DNA of 64,000 bases from Eledone cirrhosa. Taxonomy: Eukaryota. The position numbers were made by a program, and so were the translations under genes. Location of the stretch: assembly GCA_964016885.1 (NCBI GenBank), contig OZ024757.1:39556001-39620000 (forward strand), written 5' to 3'. A model generated the notes under the pieces. The model was not told the DNA's origin, ran no database searches, and saw only the letters and a list, made by a program, of their open reading frames with translations. This document shows positions 14,104 through 29,375 of the stretch, piece after piece (position 1 is the stretch's first letter; each line of letters starts with the position of its first letter).

Positions 14104-14894
14104 TGCGTGTGTGTGTGTTTGTATGTATGTATTTGCCATTCAGGTATCTTTAATGTGACGTTTTTAAAGAACCAATAAATATACGTCCTTACTGTTGTGT
14201 TATAACTCACAACATGTGGTGTTAGTTATGGTGTTATGATTTCTCTGCTACAATTACCTCCTCTTACAAGCTCCCTGTTTACGCTCATAAAATCCCACGT
14301 TATCAAGAAAACATATTCATACTTTAGGCCTCCATATTTTATTATCATATATTCTAGTTGAAGAAGAAGTAAACAGACAAAGCATGAATGGTCGATGAAG
14401 ACAGAAAAAAAAAACAACAGAAGAAAATACCCAAATCTTGAGAAACTTCAGGAAAGCTTACAAAAGAATGGAAGATATAAACTTACTTTAACAGCGTGAT
14501 TTTTCAGAACCAAAGAATGTGTGACATAAATTTGGTTAATCTTTAACTGATTTCATTCTTCACACTAGGCTCATGCTGGAGCAACACCTTAATTTAGTCG
14601 AATGTATCAATCCCCAGTACATATGTTTTCAAGCCTGGTACTATTTTAGAGATCATGGTTTATTCTAATCCACTGTTACGGTGTGTTTAGTTTAGTCTGT
14701 AACATCTGTCCATCGATTCTTTGTTTGGACGATCTAACCGAATTTCTGTAGTAACGGAGATATGATCGATAAATAGGGAGATGTAGCGTCTAAACCTGGA
14801 ACGAATCTCTATTGTTCTCCGAGATACACATCCTTTCATTGAGTCATTTTATTCTAAAGACACATTCTTCGGAAGAAGCCCATTTTCAGTAACG

Positions 14895-15060
14895 AAGATG
14901 TGATCCCTCGATACGGAGAAGTAGCGTCTCTACTTGTTGGAAAAGGTTGCATTTGACAGGACCCACTGGAAGGTGTCTTTGAGGACTGACGCCAGGACCC
15001 TCTCGGTGATAAATGGGTGAAGACGATAAAGAAGAATAAGAAAGCAGAAAAAGAAGAAAA
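14895..15060 (+). mobile_element. Probable RTE-type LINE 3' end remnant
   Basis: Translates ...VAFDRTHWKVSLRT..., followed by a GAA-rich tail. A similar remnant lies at ~30955-31095. Confidence 0.35.
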
Positions 15061-15728
15061 ATTATCAAAGAGTAAAAGGAAAAAAAGAAAAAAGAAAAAA
15101 GAAAAGAAAATGAAAGAGAAAGAGAAAAAGAAGAATGAAATCTTTCCTACTGAGGTGTTTGTTGTTGATTACACTCACCTCAGGCACAATAAAATAGATA
15201 TAGAGTTTCACGTCTTCCTGCCATGACAAACCAGCCTGATTCCTTTTTCATATAATGTATTTAACATAAGGAAAAGACACATCCTTCGAAAGAACCCAAT
15301 TTTCAACGGCTTCTATACATTCCATCTTATACTTTCGGTGTTTACAGCTGAAGACAATAAAAATTAAGTGTTTAAACAAGATTTCGACGGGGGAAAACGA
15401 TTGAATTGGTTGCATAATGGTTCTTGTCTTCCCTGCTGTAACGAAAACGCACGATATCAACGCCATAAGCAATAATTTATTTTGGAAATGAGAAGACACA
15501 GATCTCCGAACACTAATCATGTTAGGAACTAAAACTAAATGGATTCTAAATTAAACATGTAAGAGTAATCATGATATCTGGAAAATCATTAGGTCAACTC
15601 TATCAGAGAGTAGAACATTTCAGCAGAACCATTCTTAAGGAAACCTGTTGTCTATACATACATTAGCACACGTATGTATGTATGTATGTATGTATGTATG
15701 TATGTATGTATGTATGTATGTATGTATG

Positions 15729-15789
<61 letters not shown>

Positions 15790-15791
<2 letters not shown>

Positions 15792-15957
15792 CAAAGGAGA
15801 TAGACCATTACGCACCAGAGTACTCAATACTTAGCGTAGTAGAGTGGGAAATAGGAAAAAGTATGACCCCGACGGCAGAGCTCAAGCCGTTTCGACGGCT
15901 ATTTCTGTTCCAGAAATAGCCGTCGAAACGGCTTGAGCTCTGCCGTCGGGGTCATAC
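15790..15957. mobile_element. Family C terminal repeat, fold-back palindrome
   Basis: gtatgaccccgacggcagagctcaagccgtttcgacggctatttctg-ttc-cagaaatagccgtcgaaacggcttgagctctgccgtcggggtcatac. Confidence 0.8.
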
Positions 15958-15958
15958 G

Positions 15959-16071
<113 letters not shown>

Positions 16072-16288
16072 GTAAATATATATACTTCATACATATGTGT
16101 ACATATAGTTAGATATATACATACATACACACATACTTGCATATATATGTCTGTATGAATTTGTGTACATATATACGTACACATTTACTCGCAGTTATAG
16201 GCTTATATATGCACACATACACAGACAAAACCACACACACACACATATATATATATATAAATAATGTGTATATATATATATATATATA

Positions 16289-16356
<68 letters not shown>

Positions 16357-16523
16357 GTATGTACATATATATATATAAATTTATATATATATATGTATGT
16401 ACATATATATATATTATATATATATATATATGTACATATATATATATATATATATATAAATGGAATAGAATGAAACGAAATTTCATTTCTCACTCTTAGT
16501 ACGGCATATACATACATACTTAC

Positions 16524-16585
<62 letters not shown>

Positions 16586-16630
16586 CTATATATGTGTGCG
16601 TGTGTGTGTATGTATATATATATAGAGAGA

Positions 16631-16677
<47 letters not shown>

Positions 16678-16693
16678 GAAGAGAGAGAGAGAG

Positions 16694-16752
<59 letters not shown>

Positions 16753-17178
16753 CTGAGAGAGAGATAATTCATGCAAGCACAAATACGCATCCACTAGCGG
16801 ACATATGTGTAAGAGAACAAAGGATATATGAGGATAGATTAGAATCGCTGAAGGGGGCAAATATAGTTAAATTATGTAAGTATACATGTTGTGCAGTGAT
16901 AGAGCCTGGCATAAATAGAAGACTAATGAAATAAAATGGAAAATTATGCATAATGCTGTTGGAGATCCGTATAGTAGTATCGAGGGAATAATAATTTAGA
17001 CTTTCTTAGTAACACACTCAAATATATATACATACGTATATATATATATTTATTATATTATATATATATATGTGTGTGTATCTATAAGTATATAGATATA
17101 CATAGATAGATATATATTTATTATATTATATGTATATGTGTGTGTATCTATAAATATATAGATATACATAGATACATA

Positions 17179-17209
<31 letters not shown>

Positions 17210-17345
17210 CAGATATATGTGTGTATGTATACACACATATATATATATACAGATATATGTGTATATATACATATATATAGACTTACATATACACATATAT
17301 ACATATACGTGTGTGTATATATATATATATATATAGTATACAGTT

Positions 17346-17400
<55 letters not shown>

Positions 17401-18533
17401 CAGTCACCATTCCCATCTTGTCTCTACAAAATAATACGAGATGTGTATGTAGTAAGAAAATGTGGATCTCCTAACATTCTCCATAAATTGGTATTAACGC
17501 TTTCACTTTGTCGTGTTATTTAGCTAGCATATATCTAGGTGCATAGCTTAGTGGTTAGAGAACTGAATTCACAAATGTGAGATTGTGAGTTCGAATTCGC
17601 AACGTGTCAATCGAAGAAATCATTCGATATAGAAGATCGAGGTCGATAGGAAATAAATGAAACTCTGTTCCTACAGAAGATCATTTCATTTGACTCTCAC
17701 AATTTCGACATCTTAAAGAATCTTGTTAACACCATTCTGGATTTCTATATTCTATGGCTGCCCCATCGCTAATTGCCAGAGTTATATGTTAATAACTCTG
17801 GTTCAAAAATAATTCCCTTGGGACATATTCCTTGCTGAACTGATGGATAATGAGGGAATTCACATCATCACACCCACCGGAATTTCTTATCAGTCAACAA
17901 ACTTTAAAATGAACAGAAACACTACAGTTTTAAAGTGTTTGTGAAAGATATTTTGAAACAATTGTTAGGACTTCCTGTCAAACTACATCATTAGATACAT
18001 TAGTAGAAGCCTGGCAAACCGCCATTTGCAATAAATAAGAACGCATAACATTTAAATTTCAGATACTGATGTTGAATGGTTCAAACGAATGAAACAATTT
18101 GCTTCTTGGCAAATGATTCAGTTTGTAGTATCTCAATGGATTAGAATGGTTTGATATCCATGATGAAGATTTCTTGAAATAAATTACTTGAGGATGATAT
18201 GTCGTTACGTGAAGATGACATGTCGCAGTTGGGATTTACGTTTAATCAATATTGTGATTAATTCTCATAAGAACAAGACGTTCATTAATCCTAGTTCATA
18301 ATTCAAGTCACTCTATGATCAAAGATTGTCAGAAAAGAGTAGTACCACCTCGTTAAATTCCGAAAAACAACACAAACACAAACGCAGTATATATATATAT
18401 ATATATATATATAGGAAGGTAAATATATTGTCTTTATAGCGTTGAAAAATAGACAACTGATGACGTTCTTGCTTTCTTCTTATTCTTATTTTCAAGGCTA
18501 CCTTAACTACCAATTACACAGCTAGTCCTATTC

Positions 18534-18606
<73 letters not shown>

Positions 18607-18609
<3 letters not shown>

Positions 18610-18991
18610 AAAAAGTATGACCCGACGGCAGAGCTCAAGCCGTTTCGACGGCTATTTATGGACTAAATTAGAATTTTTAGCCTGGTGAATAAATAGTCGA
18701 ACTTTTCAAGGGGGTACTTCCTTATATGGGAAGATTGTAGTTGTCAAGAGGATCGGTTAAATTTGTTGTAAACACAAATTAGTCTATCATGGCATTTGGT
18801 GGGAGGTAGGGGTGGCTGAACTTGCCTGTAGAACAATAGGGGAGTGAGTGGAGCGGTCACGCGTTGAAAGTGATATGTATACAGCAGATTAATCCGCATA
18901 TATCCATACATACGTTTTCCTATTTCCCACTCTAAGTATTGAGTACTCTGGTGCGTTATGGTCCATCTGGTTCCTTACCACAATTACTTTG

Positions 18992-18993
<2 letters not shown>
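18607..18993 (-). mobile_element. Longest family C copy, with a complete variant HHR and an inverted tail
   Basis: Extends beyond the axis at which the other copies fold back. It sits between an inverted pair of a different repeat (~18495-18537 and ~19075-19120). Confidence 0.7.
18620..18715 (-). ncRNA. Variant hammerhead ribozyme, U3-A8 core (family C)
   Basis: Reverse complement: accccc-TTGAAAA-gttcgactatttat...ataaatagccgtc-GAAAC-ggc-ttgagctct-gcc-GTC-gggt. Confidence 0.7.
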
Positions 18994-19078
<85 letters not shown>

Positions 19079-19442
19079 GAATAGGACTAGCTGTGTAGTT
19101 GGTAGTTAAGGTAACCTTGCATAAAAAAAGATGTTCGTAAAATAATAATCCCAATATTCTTGAGTATGTGTATTATAGGGAAATTAAAATGCAATATTTG
19201 TTCGTATATATATCTTAACAATACATGAAATTGATTTGAAAATAAAAAAACATGAAACAAAGAACTGAACTATATTTACACGGAATCCAATTTCTAATGG
19301 TTTACATAGTAAACATTAATGAGGAGTCCAAGAATTGAACGAATTATTTTCCAAGTATTTCACTTCTTCTCGTACTTATTGTGGTTGTTGATGGTTTGTT
19401 TTCCACATATATACAGATATAAATACATATATATATATTATA

Positions 19443-19554
<112 letters not shown>

Positions 19555-20007
19555 TGTATATATATACATATACATATATACATACATATATACACACATA
19601 TATACATATACACATACCTACATAGATACATACATATATGCCTGCATGCATACATACATAGATGCCTGCATGCATATATATATATATACAAATATACACA
19701 CACACACACACACATATATACATACACACACACACACATATATATATATATGAACCAATCATTTGATATCTAGATTGATTTTTTTAAGTCTGTAAGAATC
19801 TGTTTATGCTTTTCTGTTCCTCGTCAGTAATAATATATCACATATACATCTATACACAGACCTACACATACATTAGCATACAAAAATCACACACATACAC
19901 ATTACATTTCTTTTCGTCAGAAATATCATACGAAGCTATTGAAATATTAGTTGCGAGTGTAAATATGTTATACAAATGTAGACAAGCACATATATAAGTA
20001 CTACTAT

Positions 20008-20156
<149 letters not shown>

Positions 20157-20256
20157 TACACATATATATACATATATATATACATATATATATATACATA
20201 TATATATATGTATTTATATATACATATGCATATGTATATGTCTAAATACATTATAC

Positions 20257-20305
<49 letters not shown>

Positions 20306-20358
20306 TATATGTATATGTATAAATACATTATATATACATACATATATATATATATATA

Positions 20359-20419
<61 letters not shown>

Positions 20420-20790
20420 GTATATAGCTTTGGATTTATTAGAAATCCACTTCTATTTTCTCTCTATAAATTAATAAGTTTTTCAATTTTTTTCTAAGAC
20501 GTCATACTGCCTACACGAGTCATGATTTAGATATAGAAATCAACCAACATAATTTCAATGATACGTGGCTTACAAGTACATTCCGAACATAATGGTTCAA
20601 TTATATTCTCTGTTAACTACGTTTAATTTAATATAAACAAATGTAGGAGGGGAAATCTTACAGAAGAAAAGCCTAGGAAATCTTTGACTAAATTACTTAT
20701 ACGTTTGAGATTTAACTATATAGGTTCGACGTTCTTAACCAGCTCAAGTTTGGGTATATATATATACAGTGGCGGACTGGCCAGGTTATA

Positions 20791-20841
<51 letters not shown>

Positions 20842-20844
20842 AAC

Positions 20845-21060
20845 GATCGACTTTTTTGTCAAATCGGACCGAGGGAACAATGTTTCCGTTGGTCTTTCTA
20901 ATTGCTAATACTATCTATCGGTCGCAACTCCAGGTAGAAGGAGCAACGTGAAATAAAGTGTCTTGCTCAAGGACATAACTCATCGCCTGGTCTTGGAATC
21001 GAACTCACAACCTTACGATTGCGAATCCAATTTCCTAACCACTCAGCCACACGCCTTCAC
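20845..21060 (-). mobile_element. tRNA-derived SINE, family 2
   Basis: Reverse complement shows an A-box ggctgagtggtt, a B-box gagttcgattcc and the core ccttgagcaagacactttatttcacgttgctcc. Copies at ~40105-40215, 54095-54285 and 56255-56380. Confidence 0.8.
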
Positions 21061-21072
21061 TATATATATATA

Positions 21073-21468
<396 letters not shown>

Positions 21469-21624
21469 GATAAATCTATGCATACCAATTATAACACATA
21501 TATATATATATATGTAGATAAATCTATGCATACCAATTATAACACATATATATCCTAGAAACGATCGTTAAATAATGAACTTTTTTTGTTTAATATAAGG
21601 AATTGTTTGTTCATTATTTGTTTA

Positions 21625-21713
<89 letters not shown>

Positions 21714-22056
21714 TATATACATTTGTCAGATGTCTTTAACCCATTGATACGAAATATTATTTGGTCAGTAGTTCGTATGTAAGTATATAAATATATATAT
21801 TTATATACTTACTTGCAATGCTACCGTGGGCTACCTGGCAACCTGGCCAGTCCGCCACTGCATATATATATATACCCAATATATGTATTATATATATGTA
21901 TATATGTAGAGAGACAGAGAGAGAGAGAGAGTGTGTGTGTGTGGAGGGTGAGAAATGAGGCGCAATAGAAATGAAACGTGGATTACAGGTTAAAATATAG
22001 TCTAGAGAGATGTAAAACTAAACGAGAATGTAGTTTATGGAACACCCAAATGATTT

Positions 22057-22512
22057 AGAAGTCGACCTTAAGTAGGAGCAATAACATGAAGAAAGACATG
22101 AACGACACCACAACACTTTGTTTTGAAAATTTTGAAAGTAGGTTTATAAGTATGAATTTTCATAGGATTTTTGTAATTTACTCTGTGGTCTAGAGCTAAG
22201 TACTAGAGACGGTGGAGATCCTGGTCTTGAGTTCGATCCTGGTCAAGGGGCACAAGTAACCCTTTTCAGTTTTTATTTTACAACCCATAGAAAAATCTGA
22301 AAAGTTTTACTGGGAACCCTACTCTCGACCAGGATCGAACGTCAGATCAGGATCACCATCGTCTATTATTCCTCCAACTAGGTCATCGAGACAACTACGA
22401 AAGTATAATGAAAATTGATAATTATAAATCTACTTTCAAAATCAAAATTAAAAAGATGTGGTGTCGTTCATGGCTTTCCTAGAGCTATTGGGCATATTTA
22501 GGGTCGACTTCT
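22057..22512. mobile_element. Old foldback/MITE-like element with long diverged inverted arms
   Basis: Matching pairs agaagtcgacc / ggtcgacttct, catgaacgacaccaca / tgtggtgtcgttcatg and gttcgatcctggtc / gaccaggatcgaac, with the axis near 22295. Confidence 0.7.
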
Positions 22513-22780
22513 GGTCATTATTGTAAGTCTCTGGATTTCGCAAAATACATAATATTTTTTATTGAAGAAAGTAAGATATGTTTCGGCAAAAATTTGATTG
22601 CACTGGTTTGATTCCACTTACGTGTTTTTCAAAAATGTTATTTATTCATTTTAAAAATTAATTGATAGCATTCTATATGTAGGTGGGCTCCTTTCATTCT
22701 ATATGTAGGTGGGCTCCCTTCTCCTGGCAACCAATATGTTTAGACCCAGTCCGCCACTGTATATATAGGTATATATGTAC

Positions 22781-22900
<120 letters not shown>

Positions 22901-22980
22901 ATGTGTGTGTGTGTGTGTGTTTGTGTGTCTGTGTAACATATATAAGAAAAATTGTGCGCTGCGTGTTTGTACATGGGTTA

Positions 22981-23235
22981 TATATGAATAAAATTAGTCC
23001 TTCATCAGTGATCTTCCAACCTTCATTGGTATTTCATCGCTTTGCTGTTGGTGTTGTTGTCGTTGTTGGTGTTGTTGTTGTTATTGGCGTTGTTGTCGTT
23101 GTTGGAGTTGTTGTTGTTGTCGTTGTTGTTGTTGTTCGTCGTGGTGGTGTTGTTGTTGCTGTTGTTGTTGGTAAGCGATGAAATACCAATGAAGGTTGGA
23201 AGATCACTGATGAAGGACTAATTTTATTCATATAT
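22981..23235. repeat. ~60-bp inverted repeat enclosing a (GTT)n tract
   Basis: atgaataaaattagtccttcatcagtgatc...catcgc and its reverse complement at 23176-23235; homologous to 35770-35872 and 36281-36378. Confidence 0.85.
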
Positions 23236-23651
23236 ATATATATATATACTTTTGAAGGGTCATGCTGCCAAGAAAAGAACACACACACCTATTGTTTCTC
23301 ACTACAATTTATTATAAATTTGCTGTTTATTGGATGAACAGGATAATTGTTTATATATTCTCAAAGCTCTTTCGTCACACATTATGTGACCTCATTGTCC
23401 TGTCCTACACCACCTTGTTTATTGCGTGTGTACAAACAGGTATAACAATATCTGTTTCTACACAAGTTTTGTGATAGTAGTAGTAGCAAAATTTAACGTA
23501 TTTTAACACTATAAATCGGGCAAGCCCCGTACTGTAACATATACTAATTAATATTTAACCAATGAAATCTCTTCATTTTCTACTCAATCTTCATTTTATT
23601 TCACCTATATATATTCATATCTATATATATATCCATATATATATATGTGTG

Positions 23652-23711
<60 letters not shown>

Positions 23712-24129
23712 TATGTATATATATATATATGTATATATATAATTTTTTTTTTCAATCTATCAAATTATTTCTGATCACGTGGTTGTTCAATTGTCATCGA
23801 TCATCATTAATAATTCAAGATTCATCTTTCATCATTATAATCATTATTGTCATCAACCGGCGACTAATTAACAACAACGTCAACTGTGATAAAATAAGAT
23901 AGAGACAGGGCGGGCGAGATATAATGATTAATTTGGATACACGCCACATTCGGCGATACCATCTAAAGTAAAGTTACCTTTGAAGGTGCAGATTTTGGCT
24001 CTGTTTTAAACACCTCTGCAGCACAATTTCGGGGTTTAATATAACACCTTTCCCCCCTTTTTTCTCAGCTTTTTCAGAGAAAGGTAAAGAGCACTGAACG
24101 TTTTAATTTAATGTCTGACCAATTAAAGA

Positions 24130-24560
24130 ACAGTGTATGGGAGTAGAATGGGTAGAGTGACGGACAACATGCGTTGTGGCCCTTTAAGTACTGATTTCAA
24201 ATTAAGCCGAGGTGAGTTTTGTATTTCATTCTTACGTGGTCAATAAAAGAATGTCCGAAAGACACACTATGGTCGATTTAGTCAACTTTCTCCTTTCCCC
24301 GAAATTGTTGACCTTGTGCCTGAGTCAGAAACCTTTATGAAGGGAGTTTGGCTGTAATCAGTAGAGCATCAGACAACATTCTTTGCGGCATATATTCACG
24401 ACCCTTGACATTCTGAGTTCAATTCTCACCGAGGTTAGCTTTTCTTTTCATCATCACGGAGTTGATAAAACAGAGTACCAGTAACGCACTGGGGTCGATT
24501 TAATTGACTTTCCACTTCCCTTCAAATCGTTGTCCCTCTACCAAATGTAGAAAGAATTAC
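24130..24560 (+). mobile_element. Two diverged tandem copies of tRNA-derived SINE family 1
   Basis: ttctgagttcaattctcaccgaggttagctttt...gataaaacagagtaccagtaacgcactggggtcgatttaattgact. Confidence 0.65.
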
Positions 24561-25276
24561 GTTTATACAATTAAAAAACACAAAGAAACTATTCTGGTTA
24601 TCTATAATTTATATATTTGTTTTGATCCCACTGGGTGGCACTTTGGGGAATTATATCCTACGATAGTCTTAGGACGGTTGGAGCCTTACGAGTGAAATTT
24701 GGTAGAGGGAAACTTCGTGGACTAGCCTCCAACACGCTTTCACTTTCAACATACAGTAGTATGGAAGAAAACAATACTGCGTAAATATGCGCCATATACA
24801 CGAAATACTGAAAACTTCAAGTAAAAAAATAAATATAGGTAAGTAAGAGTAATTGAAAGTAAGTACTACAAAACCAATATCTCATAGATGTGAGTAATCA
24901 TATCTATTATATTTCATTTGTTCAGAATATAAAGACGTTGTCTGTATACTCAGCTTGAGTGAATATTGTAAATAAATACGAAATTGTTTTGCTTTCTATA
25001 TAAAATACCGTCCAATTTACTTTTTATATATTTTATGAAGTCTTGTTATATACGTTGTGTATGTAACCATAGAAACAAATTGTCTCTATGTTATGTAGAC
25101 GTATGGTTGTCATCATAAAATTTACTTAAGAGATATTACCACTGAAATGATGGCTCAGATACTACATCTAAACAATGCGACTGTATTTGGTTATAGTGTT
25201 CGCTATGTATGCAAATGTAAATGCATGGATATCGGTAGGTTTAATGCATATTGTATATAAGCATATGGCTGCTTCG

Positions 25277-25408
<132 letters not shown>

Positions 25409-25526
25409 GGCGCTTATACGAAGAAAGGCCACAGATTTGATACCAGTTGTATTCTGCGAGTATGGTCAAATTGGGGATTTTGTTCCGTGTATTAACATGA
25501 ATAATATAATATAATATAATATAATA

Positions 25527-25611
<85 letters not shown>

Positions 25612-25922
25612 ATCCATAATTATGGTTGTAATGACAAATTTGAACTTAGGAACGACGTGATAGTTGTTAAAATAAATACACGTTTTTACATATCTCTATA
25701 AAACACAGAGTATATGTGGTATTGTATTTGGTCTGACCTGTAAACCAACGTCTGGCTTGGACATTGGTTGTCTGTTTAAACTATATGGTACAGATCATGT
25801 GATTTAATTACAGGGTGACATGTGTCATATCACGTCGTAGATATAGAATTAGATCTACCAGACAGGCATATATAAATATTATATGATAAACGGAAGCAAC
25901 ATATATATATATATACACACAC

Positions 25923-26007
<85 letters not shown>

Positions 26008-26203
26008 ATATATATGCTCATATGTTTACATACATGTATCTCTCTCTAGAGCTTTCACTTTATAAATCTATATATATATTTACACATATATATATACAGA
26101 GGACACAAACACTATGTATTTATATATATATATATATATACATAGTTTTTGTATCCTGTGTATATTTACATGCGAGTATATATATATATATATATTTATA
26201 TGA

Positions 26204-26273
<70 letters not shown>

Positions 26274-26334
26274 ATGTAAACATATATATATAAAAACACA
26301 TACACACAGACACACAGACACTCACGCACATACC

Positions 26335-26408
<74 letters not shown>

Positions 26409-26537
26409 AATTATGGTCACCCTCCCCGAAATCAATAATAATAAGAAAAACATTGTTTTAATACTTTTTTTAATTTATTAATAAGCAATTACTCAGGACA
26501 TTGTGACAACTTACATTATACATATAACGCTTTCCAG

Positions 26538-26613
<76 letters not shown>

Positions 26614-26950
26614 GATGTATGAATTTGTGTATATATATGTGGTGTATATATGTAACTACTGCGTCTAGTTTCATTATCAATTAATGTAACCTAGACGTGG
26701 CACTTTTTATTAAATATGAATGCATAGAGATACATTTTGTGTGTGAATGTGTTGGTTTGAATGTGAATGAAAAAGACACACAAAGAATTAAGATGGTGGG
26801 CATGATACTTCGTTTGTGCGCAGGCCTGTTTTACCTTCTGCGGGCGTACGTGAGTATGAATGTGCGTGTGTATATATATGTGTGTGTCGATGAGTAGATA
26901 CTGACGAAAGAATTCTGTAATCAGTATGCTGAGTATGAATACTTATCAAT

Positions 26951-27039
<89 letters not shown>

Positions 27040-27164
27040 TAGATAGATAGATGAGAAGAGGGCTGTGTGGTTACTGTTAACGGGTGTTAGAACAAAAGGC
27101 GGAGAGTTAACTACTGACGAAGGGAGACTGTCCACCTCTTGCTTGTGTCTCTTTACCTTCTAAC

Positions 27165-27238
<74 letters not shown>

Positions 27239-27392
27239 TTCAAGTTATCAATAATGTAGTGATAATATATCGTCACGTTAGAGATGAACAGCGTACGTGT
27301 AGGTTTGCTCAACGAGTATAAATTATATTGCGGAGAAAATGTAGAAAAGATGAATATAAAATGAAAGTGCTTTTATAAAGGAATTTATTAGG

Positions 27393-27510
27393 TATTGACA
27401 TATGTTTCTGTAACAGACGGAATACCTATGTATCGTTGCTTGCGTAATCATATAATGTTAGCAAGTATTCGATAGCAAATGTATAATCAGTTGTCACTTC
27501 TTCAGAGATA
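27393..27510 (-). ncRNA. Type I hammerhead-like motif with a long loop II insertion (family G)
   Basis: Reverse complement: tatct-CTGAAGA-a-gtgaca-[~75 nt]-tgttac-a-GAAAC-atat-GTC-aata. Stem I is imperfect. Confidence 0.55.
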
Positions 27511-27844
27511 TTGGTTAAATTAGAAAAAATCAGAAAAATCAAAGTATTTATATTAGTTGTAAGAAAGGAAGAAGAGAAGGGATAGTATATGACAGATGGC
27601 AATTCAATTTGCTGGTAAACAAGTGTATAGAAGGTTTTTAATGATAATACAATGAGTATATGGCTTATTTTATTTAAATAAGAACTTTTAGGATGCCTAT
27701 TTTAATCTATATTTGACCAATTGAACAATGGACAGGGCTGGTCGTTTGGTGTAGTAGTATTAATACAGATATAAAGTGTCAAGTAAGGAAGAGAGAGATT
27801 TTCACTGCTACTGTATAACAACAATGCTGGTAGCCTGCTGGTAT

Positions 27845-28250
27845 ATGCATTAGGGAATTGAAATAAGATATATATATATATAAATTAGAAATAGAATAGC
27901 TTTCACCGTATTCTTTTGACTAAAGACATTTTAGTCTGATAATGGGGTTTAGAACCCTCAGATAAATGGAAAAAGATGAGTATTGATGTACATGGGAGTC
28001 GAACCCACATATATAGAGTCGAACCCATATGGAAAAAATGAGTATTGATGTACATGGGAGTCGAACCCATATATATATATATATATGGGTTCGACTCCCA
28101 TGTACATCAATACTCATCTTTTTCCATTTATTTGAGGGTTCTAAACCCCATTATCAGACTAAAATTTCTTTAGTCAAAAGAATACGGTGAAAGCTATACT
28201 ATTTCTAATTTATATATATATATATTTTAATTCAATTCCTTAATGCATAT
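27845..28250. repeat. Long palindrome centred on a (TA)n, with an internal tandem duplication
   Basis: 27880-28005 is inverted at 28086-28212. A homolog lies at ~62340-62440. Confidence 0.85.
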
Positions 28251-28302
28251 ATATATAGAGAGAGAGAGAGAAAGAGAAGGAGAGAGAGAGAGGGAGAGAG
28301 AG

Positions 28303-28530
28303 CGGGTAAAATTTCCGAGATCCATGCACGAGTTCTCTCCAGCGGTCTCTCTCCCTCATCATCGCTGCAATGTTCTGCGTCTCCAAGAGACCAGTGTCTG
28401 ACCTTAGTGCATCAACATATGTCAAAATTAGTTTTCCCCTTCTAGTGTGTCCGTGTACGGTCTCCCACAGGAGCACTGAGTGAAGTGTCAACTCTGAATG
28501 TCGGTGATTATGTCCAGCTAATCTCGTGTA
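28303..28530 (-). mobile_element. RTE-type LINE 3' fragment
   Basis: RLAGHNHRHSELTLHSVLLWETVHGHTRRGK...DALRSDTG...RDRWRELV; homologous to 53525-53848. Confidence 0.8.
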
Positions 28531-28962
28531 GGAAAACCACATTAACATATGGCGTTTTTAGAGCATTGCTTAAACCTGGCCGATCCAATCTTCTCTCCGG
28601 GTCTAAATATAGTAGAATTGTTCCGGAGAAGGATATAGAATGAGAGAATGGAATTGAGAAAGAGATATATAGGAAGAATCGTCTCCAGTACTAGACTGGT
28701 ACTTTTTATCGACCTTAGATAGATGAAATGCAAAGTTGAACCATGCGCGTGTGGAAGATCTGTCGACAAAAAAAGCCTGTCTTTATTTCATTTCCAAGGA
28801 AAGAAACGATGTTTGGAAGAAAAGAATTTGCAGTGTCCTGCTGCGTACATTTAGGAAACTACGTGGTTTTTTGGCGAGCCTACTGAATGCGTCAGTTGGT
28901 TTATTTCAGGCAACCAGCGTTGCGTATATACATATATATATATATATATAAATATATGTATG

Positions 28963-29010
<48 letters not shown>

Positions 29011-29062
29011 TAAATATATATAATAACACTGAGTTTTTGCATCTTTGTGTCTTGTTTATTCA

Positions 29063-29102
<40 letters not shown>

Positions 29103-29204
29103 TGCACCCAGATAAATATATATATATATATATACACATACATACACACATATATATAGTGAAAGACAGTTAGAAAGTGGGAGTTAGGAGATGTATGCAG
29201 AAAT

Positions 29205-29375
29205 AATTGTTTCTACTTTAGGCACAAGGCCAGCAATTATCCAGTGCATTACTGGTACTTTATTTTATCGACCCCGTAAGGATGAAAGGCAAAGTCAACC
29301 TCGGCGGGATTTGAACTCAGATCGTAAAGGGACGTAACTATGCTGGAAAGCATGGCGTCCGACCCTCTACCGATA
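29205..29375 (-). mobile_element. tRNA-derived SINE family 1
   Basis: gtactttattttatcgaccccgtaaggatgaaaggcaaagtcaacctcggcgggatttgaactcag (reverse-complement B-box gagttcaaatcc). Confidence 0.85.

Noticed and set aside
17640-18350. Complex unique sequence, possibly a host exon or decayed transposase
   Set aside because: Multiple stops in the frames examined and no recognisable motif.
27113-27160. CTGACGAAGG motifs here and at ~30700-30710 (minus)
   Set aside because: No GAAA/stem III partner found.
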